Positions 10,148-20,201 of a stretch of DNA of 64,000 nucleotides are shown in pieces. Below the pieces are notes generated by a model. It had not been told where the DNA came from, made no database searches, and saw only the letters and a list, made by a program, of their open reading frames with translations. Each line of letters starts with the position of its first letter. Within the stretch, counting starts at the first letter, position 1. The translations under genes were made by a program, and so were the position numbers. This DNA is from Candidatus Bathyarchaeota archaeon (GTDB lineage: Archaea; Thermoproteota; Bathyarchaeia; Bathyarchaeales; Bathycorpusculaceae): the NCBI GenBank assembly GCA_963806535.1, contig CAWDYC010000011.1, forward strand, positions 96,001-160,000, written 5' to 3'.

Positions 10148-11221
10148 CTAAGGGCTTTTAGCTTTCTCGTACGCGCTAGCTACTGCTCCAATAGTTAGGA
10201 CACCAACAACTTTTTTTGGAGTTTCCCTATCCACAACAGGTAAAAGGTCAATTTTAGCTTTAGTCATAAGCTTGTATGCTTCAAAAACTCCTTCATCCGG
10301 ATACGTAAAAATGTTCGTTAGTGGCATCTGTTCAACCTTTATCTTGTCACGTTGTTCTTGTTGAACCTTAATTATTTCGTTCCAAGAGACTAAACCCTGA
10401 AAAACCCCGTCTTTTTCCACAAGAGCATCATGATATTTGGATTTAAACATGATTTCCAACGCCTCAGCAATAGTTTGCTCAGGACGAACTGAAGATATCT
10501 CAGATTGCATAACATCTTTTACGGAAACACTAGCCAAAGTGGTTGAAACAATTGTTTGCTCTGCTTCTTCACTTGCGCCGATATAAATAAAAACACCGAT
10601 TAATATCAAAACTGGATTAAAGAAGAAAAATCCAACTGCTACCATCAAGATGCCAAATATTCTACCTATATAAGCTGCATATTTTGTCGCTTTGGCAAAA
10701 TTCATCCGTTCAGCTAATAAAGCCCTGAAAACTCTGCCGCCATCCATTGGGAAGGCTGGAATTAAATTGAATGCACCCAGCAGGAGGTTCAGATAACCTA
10801 AGTCAAGAAGTATGTTTCCTGTGGAAATGATTACGGAGGATGGAGGAAAGCTCGGGATTTTCGTTGGTAACGCATAGTTGATGCCCACAAGAGCGGCTCC
10901 AAGAACTATGCTTGTTAGCGGTCCAGAAATCGCCATTCGCCACTCTATTGAGGGGTTTTCCGGTATTTCTTCTATTTCTGAAACTCCGCCGATTGGATAT
11001 AGAACAATTTTTCGAACTTTAATGTCATAGCGCCTTGCAACAACCGAGTGAGCAAGCTCGTGAAAGAAAACGAATACAAACAAGAAAACAACTAAAATAA
11101 ATGAGTAAATGTCTTTGAAATAAATGGCTAAACCTAAAGCTGCCAGAATTAACAGGATAAACGTAAGATGCAGCTCAATTGGGATTCCCCAAGCTGAGCC
11201 TATTTTAAAAGATAACTTCAT
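10148..11221 (-). CDS. Site-2 protease (M50) with tandem CBS domains
   Basis: HELAH and NLIPAFPMDGGR motifs, C-terminal CBS pair. Confidence 0.92.
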   Translation of the reverse strand: MKLSFKIGSAWGIPIELHLTFILLILAALGLAIYFKDIYSFILVVFLFVFVFFHELAHSVVARRYDIKVRKIVLYPIGGVSEIEEIPENPSIEWRMAISGPLTSIVLGAALVGINYALPTKIPSFPPSSVIISTGNILLDLGYLNLLLGAFNLIPAFPMDGGRVFRALLAERMNFAKATKYAAYIGRIFGILMVAVGFFFFNPVLILIGVFIYIGASEEAEQTIVSTTLASVSVKDVMQSEISSVRPEQTIAEALEIMFKSKYHDALVEKDGVFQGLVSWNEIIKVQQEQRDKIKVEQMPLTNIFTYPDEGVFEAYKLMTKAKIDLLPVVDRETPKKVVGVLTIGAVASAYEKAKSP

Positions 11222-11566
11222 AGCTTAAGTGAAGAAACGTTTGCTTTTTAAATTTTCTATTCATAAGCAGCTGACCCTTTATTTTAATTGTGTTGAGCAA
11301 GAAATCTATGGGTTCAAAAGATGGTTCTAATAGGCTCTAAATATCGTTCAAGATACGGAGCAATGAATGAAGGCGTGTACTTTTCAACACGAAATATGTA
11401 TTTTTGTATGCCGAAAATTGAGAAAACAACTGAACGCTTAATCGAAAAACAAAAACTGGTCGACATGCCCAAAAATTATTAAAGTAATCAAAGATATGAA
11501 CGCTTGATAGTTAAAACTTGCTTTGTTAGGGCAAGAAACATTCAACTTAAGATTGGAGGAAAAAAT

Positions 11567-12064
11567 ATGTTAAACGGGAAATTGGTAAGCTTAATTGTTG
11601 GTCTTATTGTTATTTGTGCTTTGATGGGGAGCATTTTTTTGGAGGTTTCTTTAGCTCCGTCTGAACAAGTGACAAAGGCTATGGATTTTACGGTGAGCGG
11701 ATCAAATAATTGCCTCAGGTTTCTGAACGAAACAGTCTCCGTTGTTTACATACCATTTACTGTTGCTGCAAACGGCCAGGGTCAATTAACAATAAACTGC
11801 ACTAAAATGCCCGGCGGCGTCAACGGTTACACAGACATCTACCTCTATAAAGGCTATTGGGACAATGGAACCAACCACCAATGCCTATCAGCCGACCTTT
11901 ACCCCATCCTAAACAACATCCACAGTGCAAATTATGAATTAAAAGGCACAACTTCTTACAACGCAACCTACGGAGGCTCAACTCAACAGAGCTACACAGT
12001 ATTCTTTGTCATGCCACCCGGCGGACAACAAGCCACATTTAACATAGCATACAAGCCAGCTTGA
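11567..12064 (+). CDS. Secreted/membrane-anchored hypothetical protein
   Basis: GGAGG SD before ATG 11567, N-terminal hydrophobic helix, beta-rich domain. Confidence 0.65.
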   Translation: MLNGKLVSLIVGLIVICALMGSIFLEVSLAPSEQVTKAMDFTVSGSNNCLRFLNETVSVVYIPFTVAANGQGQLTINCTKMPGGVNGYTDIYLYKGYWDNGTNHQCLSADLYPILNNIHSANYELKGTTSYNATYGGSTQQSYTVFFVMPPGGQQATFNIAYKPA

Positions 12065-12124
12065 AACGACAAACCTAATTTTGGTTTCTTTTCTTTTTTT
12101 GCTTACTGCAATATAGTTATATAA

Positions 12125-12526
12125 TTGCGTCCGCTAGCTATTTCTGAGGTTTGTCTTTTGTCTGAACTTATTTGGAATAAACCTGTCTTATGCATTTTTA
12201 AAGAGCGAGAACCTTTCGAGATAGATCCATTCGTTGTTGTAAAAGCCAAAAAACTCGCGATTACTCCTGAAGCTGGTTCTAAATGTTCTGGAAAAGTGGA
12301 GGACTTTTTCACTCTTATGGGCGACGCCGATTATCTTTCGACCCCTGAAGGCGCAGCTGACCATTACGTCATATGTTGGTTTGACGACACAGAGCCAGAT
12401 ATGACTAAGGATTTAAGGCGGCTGCATGGAGTTACCTTTACAGCAAAAGTAACTTTTTTCCTCAATGAAGGAGGAAAGCGTACTTATAACGCAGCTTTCA
12501 AGGCTGGGCATGCCAAACTGAAATAA
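12125..12526 (+). CDS. Hypothetical protein
   Basis: 133-aa ORF with protein-like composition, no recognised motif. Confidence 0.5.
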   Translation: MRPLAISEVCLLSELIWNKPVLCIFKEREPFEIDPFVVVKAKKLAITPEAGSKCSGKVEDFFTLMGDADYLSTPEGAADHYVICWFDDTEPDMTKDLRRLHGVTFTAKVTFFLNEGGKRTYNAAFKAGHAKLK

Positions 12527-12691
12527 ACAGTCATTTTTTCGGCTATTTTTTTCGAGCAATGGTCAATTAGCGGTAACTTTGACGGTTAAAGGTCTTCTTT
12601 AATGTGTGATGTTAAAGGTGAATTTTACATGTTTGTTAAAATCACTCTTAAATATAACTCCATAAATTTAGATTGGATAAGGTCGTAGACC

Positions 12692-13093
12692 ATGGTAGAG
12701 CAAAAGCTACGCGCAACTCTAATTACTGGTAGAACAATTGATCAAGGAGTTGGAAAGGAGATGGGGAAAGGCTCCAAAGAATATTTTGACAGCTCCTCAA
12801 TCTGTTTTATTGACAAGTCCGAAATGGTGAAACTCGGCATAAGAAATGGAACAAACGTTCAGGTAACATCCAAGTATGGATCAGTAATAGTTACGGCGTT
12901 GAAAAACCCAATCGGAACCATGCCCGGCATTGTTTTCATCCCTTGTGGTTTATGGGCAAATGCAATTTGCGGTGACGAAACTTTCGGGATGGGCATGCCC
13001 TTGTTTAAAGGTTTTCCAGTTGAAGTTGAACCTGCTCCAAACCAGTCTGTTTTAACTTTGGATGAGCTTCTAATGAAAGAATATGGAAGGTAA
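12692..13093 (+). CDS. fwdD: Formylmethanofuran dehydrogenase subunit D (molybdopterin dinucleotide-binding)
   Basis: LITGRTIDQG, VFIPCGLWAN, GMPLFKG; first gene of fwdDBAC. Confidence 0.92.
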   Translation: MVEQKLRATLITGRTIDQGVGKEMGKGSKEYFDSSSICFIDKSEMVKLGIRNGTNVQVTSKYGSVIVTALKNPIGTMPGIVFIPCGLWANAICGDETFGMGMPLFKGFPVEVEPAPNQSVLTLDELLMKEYGR

Positions 13094-13098
13094 ATGTA

Positions 13099-14649
13099 AT
13101 GACCGAAACAAAATCAGTTGTTTGCCCAATTTGCGGTTGCTTATGTGATGACATAGAAGTAACAGTGGAAAATAACGAGATTGTAAAAATGAAAAATGGC
13201 TGTGCCCAATGTGAAGCGAAAATGGTTCACGGGTACAAGAGTGAAGAGCGAATTTTAAAGCCGATGATACGAAAGGACGGCAAGTTAGTTCCTGTATCAA
13301 TGGATGAAGCGGTTCACAAGGCAGCTCAAATTCTAACGGACGCTAAGTATCCATTATTGTTCGGCTGGAGTAGTTCAACTAGCGAAGCACAACGTATTGG
13401 TGTTCAATTAGCTGAAGAATTAGGTTCCGCGTTAGATAACTGCTGCAGCGTTTGCCATGGGCCATCAGTTATGGCAACGCAAGAAATCGGTATCCCTGCG
13501 TGTACCCTTGGTCAAATCAGACATCGCGCAGACTTAATTGTTTACTGGGCATGCAACCCCTGGACTTCACACCCAAGACATCTTGAAAGATACACAAGCT
13601 TCACTGACGGACGATTCGAAGGTAGTGAATGGAAAAGTTATATGGAAAAAGTAAAAGGTGCTTCAAGCCAGAAAAAAGTTGCGGCAGCTTCAAAGCGAAT
13701 ATTGGGGAGTTATAATCCTCCTATTCATCCCCAAACATGCAATGTAAATGCGCCTCCTCAGGCAATGCAGAAAAATGGACGTAAACTGGTAGTTGTTGAT
13801 GTTAGAAAAACAATGACTGCTGAAGCAGCTGATTACTTTATCCAGGTTCAACCAAACAAAGATTATGAAATCCTTGACGCAATGAGATGTTTGGTTGCTG
13901 ATCAAGAATTGGACGTTGACAAAGTTGGCGGTGTTCCAGTTGAATACCTCAAAGATGTAACTGACGCAATGGTGAACTGTGATTTCGGTGTCATCTTCTT
14001 CGGACTGGGCTTAACTCAAAGCGCAGGCAGATTCCGAAACATCGAAATAGCCATCGCATTGACACGAGACCTTAACAGAAGAACCAAATTCGTAATCTCG
14101 CCAATGCGAGGACACTTCAATGTTACGGGCGCAAACGTGGTTTTCGCTTGGACAACAGGCTATCCGTATGCAATTGATTTCTCACAAGGATATCCACAAT
14201 ACAATCCTGGAGAATTTACAACCATTGACCTGCTCAGACGGGGCGACAACGACGCTACCTTAGTTATTTCATCCGACCCAGGTGCGCACTTTCCAAAGGT
14301 AGCCATGCAAAATATGATGAAGCATCCGTTGATCACTATTAACCCAGATATGAACGCTATTTCAAGACTTGGCGATGTTGTGTTTCCAACCCAATGGTGC
14401 GGCATAGAATACGAAGGCACTGCTTACCGCATGGACCATGTGCCAATTATGTTGCGCAAAGTTGTTGAGCCACCAAAAGGTATCTTAAACGACGAAGAAC
14501 TCTTAAAGAAAATACTAGAAGAAGTCCGGGCAATCAAAGCCAAAAATCCAGAGATCGAAACTAACGCCGAACTTAAAGCACGCAATAAACTGGCACCTAG
14601 GATCGAAATTAAACAAAGAAAGAAAGCGAAAAAAGTAGAGGTTGCTTAA
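13099..14649 (+). CDS. fwdB: Formylmethanofuran dehydrogenase subunit B (Mo/W catalytic, Cys form)
   Basis: CPICGCLCDD [4Fe-4S], SVCHGP metal-ligand Cys (TGC), HPRH, PMRGHFNVTG, TGYPYAIDF, GTAYRMD. Confidence 0.95.
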   Translation: MTETKSVVCPICGCLCDDIEVTVENNEIVKMKNGCAQCEAKMVHGYKSEERILKPMIRKDGKLVPVSMDEAVHKAAQILTDAKYPLLFGWSSSTSEAQRIGVQLAEELGSALDNCCSVCHGPSVMATQEIGIPACTLGQIRHRADLIVYWACNPWTSHPRHLERYTSFTDGRFEGSEWKSYMEKVKGASSQKKVAAASKRILGSYNPPIHPQTCNVNAPPQAMQKNGRKLVVVDVRKTMTAEAADYFIQVQPNKDYEILDAMRCLVADQELDVDKVGGVPVEYLKDVTDAMVNCDFGVIFFGLGLTQSAGRFRNIEIAIALTRDLNRRTKFVISPMRGHFNVTGANVVFAWTTGYPYAIDFSQGYPQYNPGEFTTIDLLRRGDNDATLVISSDPGAHFPKVAMQNMMKHPLITINPDMNAISRLGDVVFPTQWCGIEYEGTAYRMDHVPIMLRKVVEPPKGILNDEELLKKILEEVRAIKAKNPEIETNAELKARNKLAPRIEIKQRKKAKKVEVA

Positions 14650-16347
14650 ATGACTGAGTTACTAATAAAAAACGGCTTCGTCTTTGACCCTATCAACCAA
14701 ATTAACGGGGAAAAAATGGACATAGCCATCAAAGACGGCAAAATCGTCCGCAAAGTGAGCAGCAAAGCCCAAGTAATTGATGCCTCAGGCTTAACTGTAA
14801 TGCCGGGCGGTGTCGACATTCATACACACATTGCAGGTGGGGAAGTTAACACAGGCAGAATTATTCGCCCTGATGATCACATTAAAGATGTGGAACGAAA
14901 AACCGCCATGACCCGTAGCGGTACTGGTTATTCCATTCCTTCCACTTTCACTACTGGTTACCGTTATTCTCGTATGGGTTATACAACAGTCATGAATCCA
15001 TCAATGGCCCCATTGGAAGCTAAACATACTCATGAAGAATTAAACGACATACCCTTGCTTGACAAAGCCACTTATCCGCTTTTAGGCGACTGGTGGTTTG
15101 TACTCGAAAACCTCTCTAAAGGCAACATCGAAGAATGCGCTAAACACGTAGCATGGATGTTGGATATAACCAAGGGATATGCAATAAAAATCGTTAACCC
15201 AGGAGGTTTAGAATCTTGGGGTTTCGGTCACAACGTTCACAGCATAGATGATCAAGTAGCTAACTTTTGCATTACCCCACGTGAAATAATATGTGGTTTA
15301 GCTAAAGTTAACGCACTGCTTAACTTGCCTCACTCTATTCATCTTCACACTAACAATCTTGGATTACCCGGCAACTTCACCACAACAATGGATACGATGA
15401 AGGCGTTAGAAAGCGTGCCTTACAACGGCAAACCGGTTGGACACATTACTCACTTGCAGTTCGCGAGCTTCGCAGGTGACTCTTGGGCGCATTTTAATTC
15501 AGCTTCAGAAGAAATTTCAAGTTACATTAATGCACACAACCACATGACTTTTGACATGGGGCAGGTCATATTTACAGACACTACAACCATGACTGCTGAT
15601 GGACCCTTCGAGTTTTCCCTCTATGAGTTAGGTGGTCACAATAAATGGGTCAATAGTGACGTTGAAACAGAAACCAGCGGAGGAATAATACCGTTCCACT
15701 ACAAGAAAAACAGCCCAGTAAACGCATTACAATGGTCCATTGGATTGGAATTGGCTTTGCTCATTAAGGACCCTTGGAAAATGTTCATGACAACCGATCA
15801 CCCCAACGGAGGACCCTTCTTTGCTTACCCACGTGTTCTCGCTTGGCTATACAGCAAGAAAGCACGCGAAGCAACACTCAAACATTGTAACAAGAAAGCG
15901 CAGAAAAAGAGCTTGCTCCCAACAATCGACCGTGAAATGACCCTCTATGAAATAGCGATTATGACTCGTGCAGGACAAGCAAAAGCTTTAGGGCTTCCGA
16001 ACAAAGGCCAACTTGGAGTTGGCGCAGATGCAGATATCGCAATATACAACATTAACCCTGAAAAACTTGATATAGCTCAAAAATTCAAAACTGCACGCAA
16101 AGCCTTCAAACACGCATCCTACACCATCAAAGACGGCAAAATTGTAGTAAAAGACGGCGAAGTAGTAAACAACACCACACCTGGCAGAACTATGTGGCTT
16201 GACGTCCAAACCAAAGACCCCTGCGTGATTGACGAGGAAATGAGACGCAAATTCAAACAATACTGGACAATCGAATACGATAATTACCCAGTATTCGACC
16301 ATTACCTGAGGGTTCCAGAAAAATTAACTGTAAAGGCAAGTGTCTAA
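14650..16347 (+). CDS. fwdA: Formylmethanofuran dehydrogenase subunit A (amidohydrolase)
   Basis: DIHTHIAGG, KIVNPGG, HLHTNNLG, HITHLQF, TTDHPNGGPF. Confidence 0.96.
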   Translation: MTELLIKNGFVFDPINQINGEKMDIAIKDGKIVRKVSSKAQVIDASGLTVMPGGVDIHTHIAGGEVNTGRIIRPDDHIKDVERKTAMTRSGTGYSIPSTFTTGYRYSRMGYTTVMNPSMAPLEAKHTHEELNDIPLLDKATYPLLGDWWFVLENLSKGNIEECAKHVAWMLDITKGYAIKIVNPGGLESWGFGHNVHSIDDQVANFCITPREIICGLAKVNALLNLPHSIHLHTNNLGLPGNFTTTMDTMKALESVPYNGKPVGHITHLQFASFAGDSWAHFNSASEEISSYINAHNHMTFDMGQVIFTDTTTMTADGPFEFSLYELGGHNKWVNSDVETETSGGIIPFHYKKNSPVNALQWSIGLELALLIKDPWKMFMTTDHPNGGPFFAYPRVLAWLYSKKAREATLKHCNKKAQKKSLLPTIDREMTLYEIAIMTRAGQAKALGLPNKGQLGVGADADIAIYNINPEKLDIAQKFKTARKAFKHASYTIKDGKIVVKDGEVVNNTTPGRTMWLDVQTKDPCVIDEEMRRKFKQYWTIEYDNYPVFDHYLRVPEKLTVKASV

Positions 16348-17161
16348 GATGATTATCTTAATTCCGAAAAAAAAATTTGAGGTACCCGTTCAAGCAGCTT
16401 GTATAAGCCCAGACGTTTTCAAAGGCAAAGACACAGCTGAAATAGCAAACATGCCCGTTACCGAAGGAAACCGCAACGTAAAACTCGGCGACCTATTCGA
16501 AATCCACGAAGACAATCTTGAAACACCTTACATCACCATAAACGGAGATGCAGGCAAAGTCAAACGAATCGGTCAAGGCATGAAAACAGGTGAAATCCTC
16601 ATCAATGGCGACGCAGGCATGCATACGGGCGAAAAAATGGCCGGCGGCAAAATCACAATAAACGGTTCCATAGGCGGATGGTCAGGTAACGATATGAAAG
16701 GCGGCTTAATTGAAGTTCATGGAGACGCTGGCGACTATTTAGCTTCACCATACCGCGGGACAAGCACAGGCATGAAAGGTGGTCTAATAACCGTTGACGG
16801 CAAAGTCGGAAGTGACTCGGGATGCTACTTGCACGGTGGAGTACTAAAAATCAAAGGCGGTGCTGGAAGGTTCCTTGGTTACCACATGAGCGACGGTGCA
16901 ATCCTTGTGGACAAAGAAGTTGACACGCGAGCGGGCGCATGCATGACAGGTGGCAAAATAGTTATAACAGGTACAATCCCAGAAGTAATGCCAACATTCA
17001 CCATAGACGGCGTTAAACCCAAAGTCAAAATCGACGATACACAAAGTGTCGCAGGGCCTTTCTACGTTTTCTTAGGTGATTTGGCAGAGCATGGCACAGG
17101 CAAAATCTTCGTAAACAAAGCCAACAATCCGCAGCTTAAAACATACGAAAAATACCTATAA
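16340..17161 (+). CDS. fwdC: Formylmethanofuran dehydrogenase subunit C
   Basis: GxxMxxG beta-helix repeats, FLGDLAEHGTGKI. Confidence 0.94.
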   Translation: MSKMIILIPKKKFEVPVQAACISPDVFKGKDTAEIANMPVTEGNRNVKLGDLFEIHEDNLETPYITINGDAGKVKRIGQGMKTGEILINGDAGMHTGEKMAGGKITINGSIGGWSGNDMKGGLIEVHGDAGDYLASPYRGTSTGMKGGLITVDGKVGSDSGCYLHGGVLKIKGGAGRFLGYHMSDGAILVDKEVDTRAGACMTGGKIVITGTIPEVMPTFTIDGVKPKVKIDDTQSVAGPFYVFLGDLAEHGTGKIFVNKANNPQLKTYEKYL

Positions 17162-17448
17162 TTCTCACTTCTCAGCTCTTTTCGATTTTTGCTCTCTCTG
17201 TTAGCCTACGAGTAAGTCAAAGCATGCACAGTTTGCGTATATACTTTGTAGATACAACTTGTTTATGGAAGGTAGTGATAAGACTGTTAACCCTCTGTTT
17301 TCCCTATTGGTTTTGCAAAATTTTACGGCTTGATAGCAATAAACTATAAGGAGAAGTAAATTGGATGGTATATAAGAAAAGAAAAAGCACGGTTAATTGA
17401 CCTCTTCGTTATTGGCTGGCTAAAAAAAACTAAAACAAAATTCCAGGG

Positions 17449-18831
17449 TCAAAAAAGTGAATATGTATCGGTAATCCTATATGCATAGTAAATTTTGATA
17501 GCTCTTTCAATCTCCGATTCCTTTAGCCCTATTTCTTTTAGAATAATTGATATGATCATAAAACGTAAGGTGTCTGTTAGAAATGGAATTTTTGATTGTT
17601 CAGTGGGCGGTTCTGTGATTTCTGGGTCATAGTGAGTTAAATAATTTCTTGTATCTACAAACTGTCTAATGAATTGTTTTTCGTCTTTGACAAAAATTTT
17701 AAAAACTTGATTTTGCTCAAACAATTCTTTGATTTGCATGCTCAAGGACTTTCTATTAACGTACTTCATTTTATGCTTGAAAGGCTCTCTTAAGGGCTCA
17801 GCTATTACCTCACACATTTTTTTAGAGAATTGCGTGGAGCCATCTATTTCTTTTCTGATGTCATCTGAAAAAAGTTTATTGTCGTATTTTCTACTATGAT
17901 AAGCCTCAATCGCTTGTGAAAGTACAAGAAATGGGGTTCTTACATAGCCTCTTTCATTTGCAAGAGAGAAAAACAAGTCGTAAACAGGTTCATATTTTTG
18001 CGCAAATGAAAACCAATTTTGAAAGATAGTTTGAAGATTTTGGCTTATTGATTCAAACTCTACCGGATGTGGCACTGTTTTGTGGGTATTATATCTAGAT
18101 TTTTCAAAAAACGGACAAATAGCTGAAATTTTTTTGAAATCTTCTCCTTCATAGTAAAATATATGCCTTATGAGAACATTTTGACCAATTAATACCTCAA
18201 AGAAATTCCTAAGGGAGTTTATTATCTCAATCACTTTTTGTAGGCTCATTTTTTGAGCATGAATAGAGATTAATACGTCTCTTGGAAAGGTATCTAAAAA
18301 AAAGCTGTGCGAACTCTCAATTACCCCTGTTATTTTAATAGTGAACTGGTCAAGCTGAATTTGTTTTTCTAGAGGTTTATTAATTTGCCAAATTGTTTCA
18401 GAATCATTTTCTTCGAGATGGGAAACTGAAAATAAGCTGTGAGTGAGCCATTCTTTAATATTAGAAAACTTGACATTTACATATTTAAATTCAATTTCAC
18501 TTTTTTTAGGAAAATATTTTCCTATCAATAACAAGGTCACATTGTATTTAGATCGAAAATAATTGATTGCCCCTGCATTAACATCGCTGAAATTCAGCCT
18601 GACGCAATCTATAAGTGTGATTTTCTTGCTATCAACAAGTCCTAATATGGTCTCATAAAATTCGCCTTCCTCTTTCTTTTCAATGAAAGCGCCTTCCAGC
18701 GAAAGAATAGGTAAATGTCCAACATGATGTATTAGATTTCCATGAATTTTTTTCTCTGGATTTTCGGATAACCACCACATTCCGCTATATTGTTTGACCT
18801 GCAAAGCAACCACCCACCATCTTTTCATCAA
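17449..18831 (-). CDS. ApeA-family HEPN domain protein (putative anti-viral RNase)
   Basis: N-terminal GxWWL...GxL (ApeA NTD-like), QAIEAYH, HEPN RxxxxH motif RNYLTH; AT-rich and antisense to flanking genes. Confidence 0.75.
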   Translation of the reverse strand: MMKRWWVVALQVKQYSGMWWLSENPEKKIHGNLIHHVGHLPILSLEGAFIEKKEEGEFYETILGLVDSKKITLIDCVRLNFSDVNAGAINYFRSKYNVTLLLIGKYFPKKSEIEFKYVNVKFSNIKEWLTHSLFSVSHLEENDSETIWQINKPLEKQIQLDQFTIKITGVIESSHSFFLDTFPRDVLISIHAQKMSLQKVIEIINSLRNFFEVLIGQNVLIRHIFYYEGEDFKKISAICPFFEKSRYNTHKTVPHPVEFESISQNLQTIFQNWFSFAQKYEPVYDLFFSLANERGYVRTPFLVLSQAIEAYHSRKYDNKLFSDDIRKEIDGSTQFSKKMCEVIAEPLREPFKHKMKYVNRKSLSMQIKELFEQNQVFKIFVKDEKQFIRQFVDTRNYLTHYDPEITEPPTEQSKIPFLTDTLRFMIISIILKEIGLKESEIERAIKIYYAYRITDTYSLF

Positions 18832-19410
18832 AGATAGTACTAATAAGTTTTTGACATTCGTTAAACTTAATTTCTACCTGGAAAAACCTATCGATGCAAA
18901 AACTTGAAGTCTAATTACAAGATTATACACTTGGTTATTTTCTAGGAGCATTCAGATTATAGAGAAATTGTCAATCCAAATCTTTCTGAGATTGATGCTC
19001 ACCTTTTACGTCTTCCATTCCAACTTGCTGGATTCCTTTTACTTCTCTTTGTTTAGTTAGTCCAATTCCATGAAAAACGGATTGTTATTATAACGAGCTT
19101 CGACATTTTAATATCGCTATTATCTATCGATTTTGCTGTCTCAAAAAGACACTTATTCTTGTCTTGTTCAACATTTTATGACTGGAAAATAAGTAGAGGA
19201 AAATTAAATCATCGGAATCTGAGTCCTCACTCAATCTAATTTATGAATACTCAATTTATTGATTAACGAGTGCTCGCTCACTATAGAGGTAACAAGACTT
19301 GAAGAATTACATTTACTCAGCGTACGAGTTGTTGTTGACATTGTCGGAATAGCCGAATACCTTATCAACACGCTCTCAGTTCAAAAACAAACACACAAAG
19401 AGGACAATGT

Positions 19411-20196
19411 ATGCGTCAGGTTGACATAGTAAGGCTTGACTTATCTACGGGAAAAGCGGAAAAAACTAAGGATTGTGTTGCTGAAGAGGTTCCTCTTCAA
19501 ATTTCGCTTAATGATGTTTATACATTTGTGATTTGGTGTTCGCCTTCACAGTTTAAGGAGCTTGCTGTTGGCTATTTGCTTGGAGAGGAAATTTTGAGGT
19601 CAGTTGACGAAATTAAATCCCTGAGCTCAAACGAAAAAGAACACAAATGCCAACTTAAGCTGAAGCCAAGCGTAGATTTGGATGAGCGCATGAAAAATTC
19701 GCGCCGAAGCACCCGCATAATCCCCCTTATCAAAGCAAGCACTTCACCGTACCAACATGACGAGCGTATACCCGTCGTAAAATCCTGCCTTAAAATTAAA
19801 GCCCAAATTATCTTAGACGCGGTAAACCAAATTAACAGCCTCGCTAAGGGCTTTAAGGACACGGGAGGGCTGCACGACTCTGCCATTGTCAAAGCTGACG
19901 GAACGATTATGGCTTTTTCTGAAGACGTAGGAAGGCATAACACGGTCGACAAAGTTATCGGCGAGGCGTCGCTGAAAAATGTGAATTTTAGTGAGTGTTT
20001 TTTGATTATTACGGGACGGGTGCCGGGCGACATGATTTATAAAGCGGCCAAGGTAGGTTTGCCTATTGTTGCTTCGGTAGCGGCAGTTTTGAACTCGGGG
20101 ATTTCTTCAGCTGAAAAAGCCGACATTGCCTTAGTGGGGTTTGTCCGCGGAAAACGCATGAATGTCTATACGGGGTTTGATAGAATCATTCTGTAG
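19411..20196 (+). CDS. fdhD: FdhD/NarQ-family Mo-cofactor accessory protein (lacks CxxC loop)
   Basis: VAEEVPL, ELAVGYL, TGGLH, EDVGRHNTVDKVIG, TGR, LVGFVRG. Confidence 0.9.
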   Translation: MRQVDIVRLDLSTGKAEKTKDCVAEEVPLQISLNDVYTFVIWCSPSQFKELAVGYLLGEEILRSVDEIKSLSSNEKEHKCQLKLKPSVDLDERMKNSRRSTRIIPLIKASTSPYQHDERIPVVKSCLKIKAQIILDAVNQINSLAKGFKDTGGLHDSAIVKADGTIMAFSEDVGRHNTVDKVIGEASLKNVNFSECFLIITGRVPGDMIYKAAKVGLPIVASVAAVLNSGISSAEKADIALVGFVRGKRMNVYTGFDRIIL

Positions 20197-20201
20197 GTGC
20201 C

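Noticed and set aside
7569-12690. Integrated element downstream of tRNA-Pro
   Set aside because: No integrase and no duplicated tRNA 3' end found
18832-19410. Possible ncRNA or Moco riboswitch before fdhD
   Set aside because: AT-rich, no convincing stems or riboswitch consensus by eye
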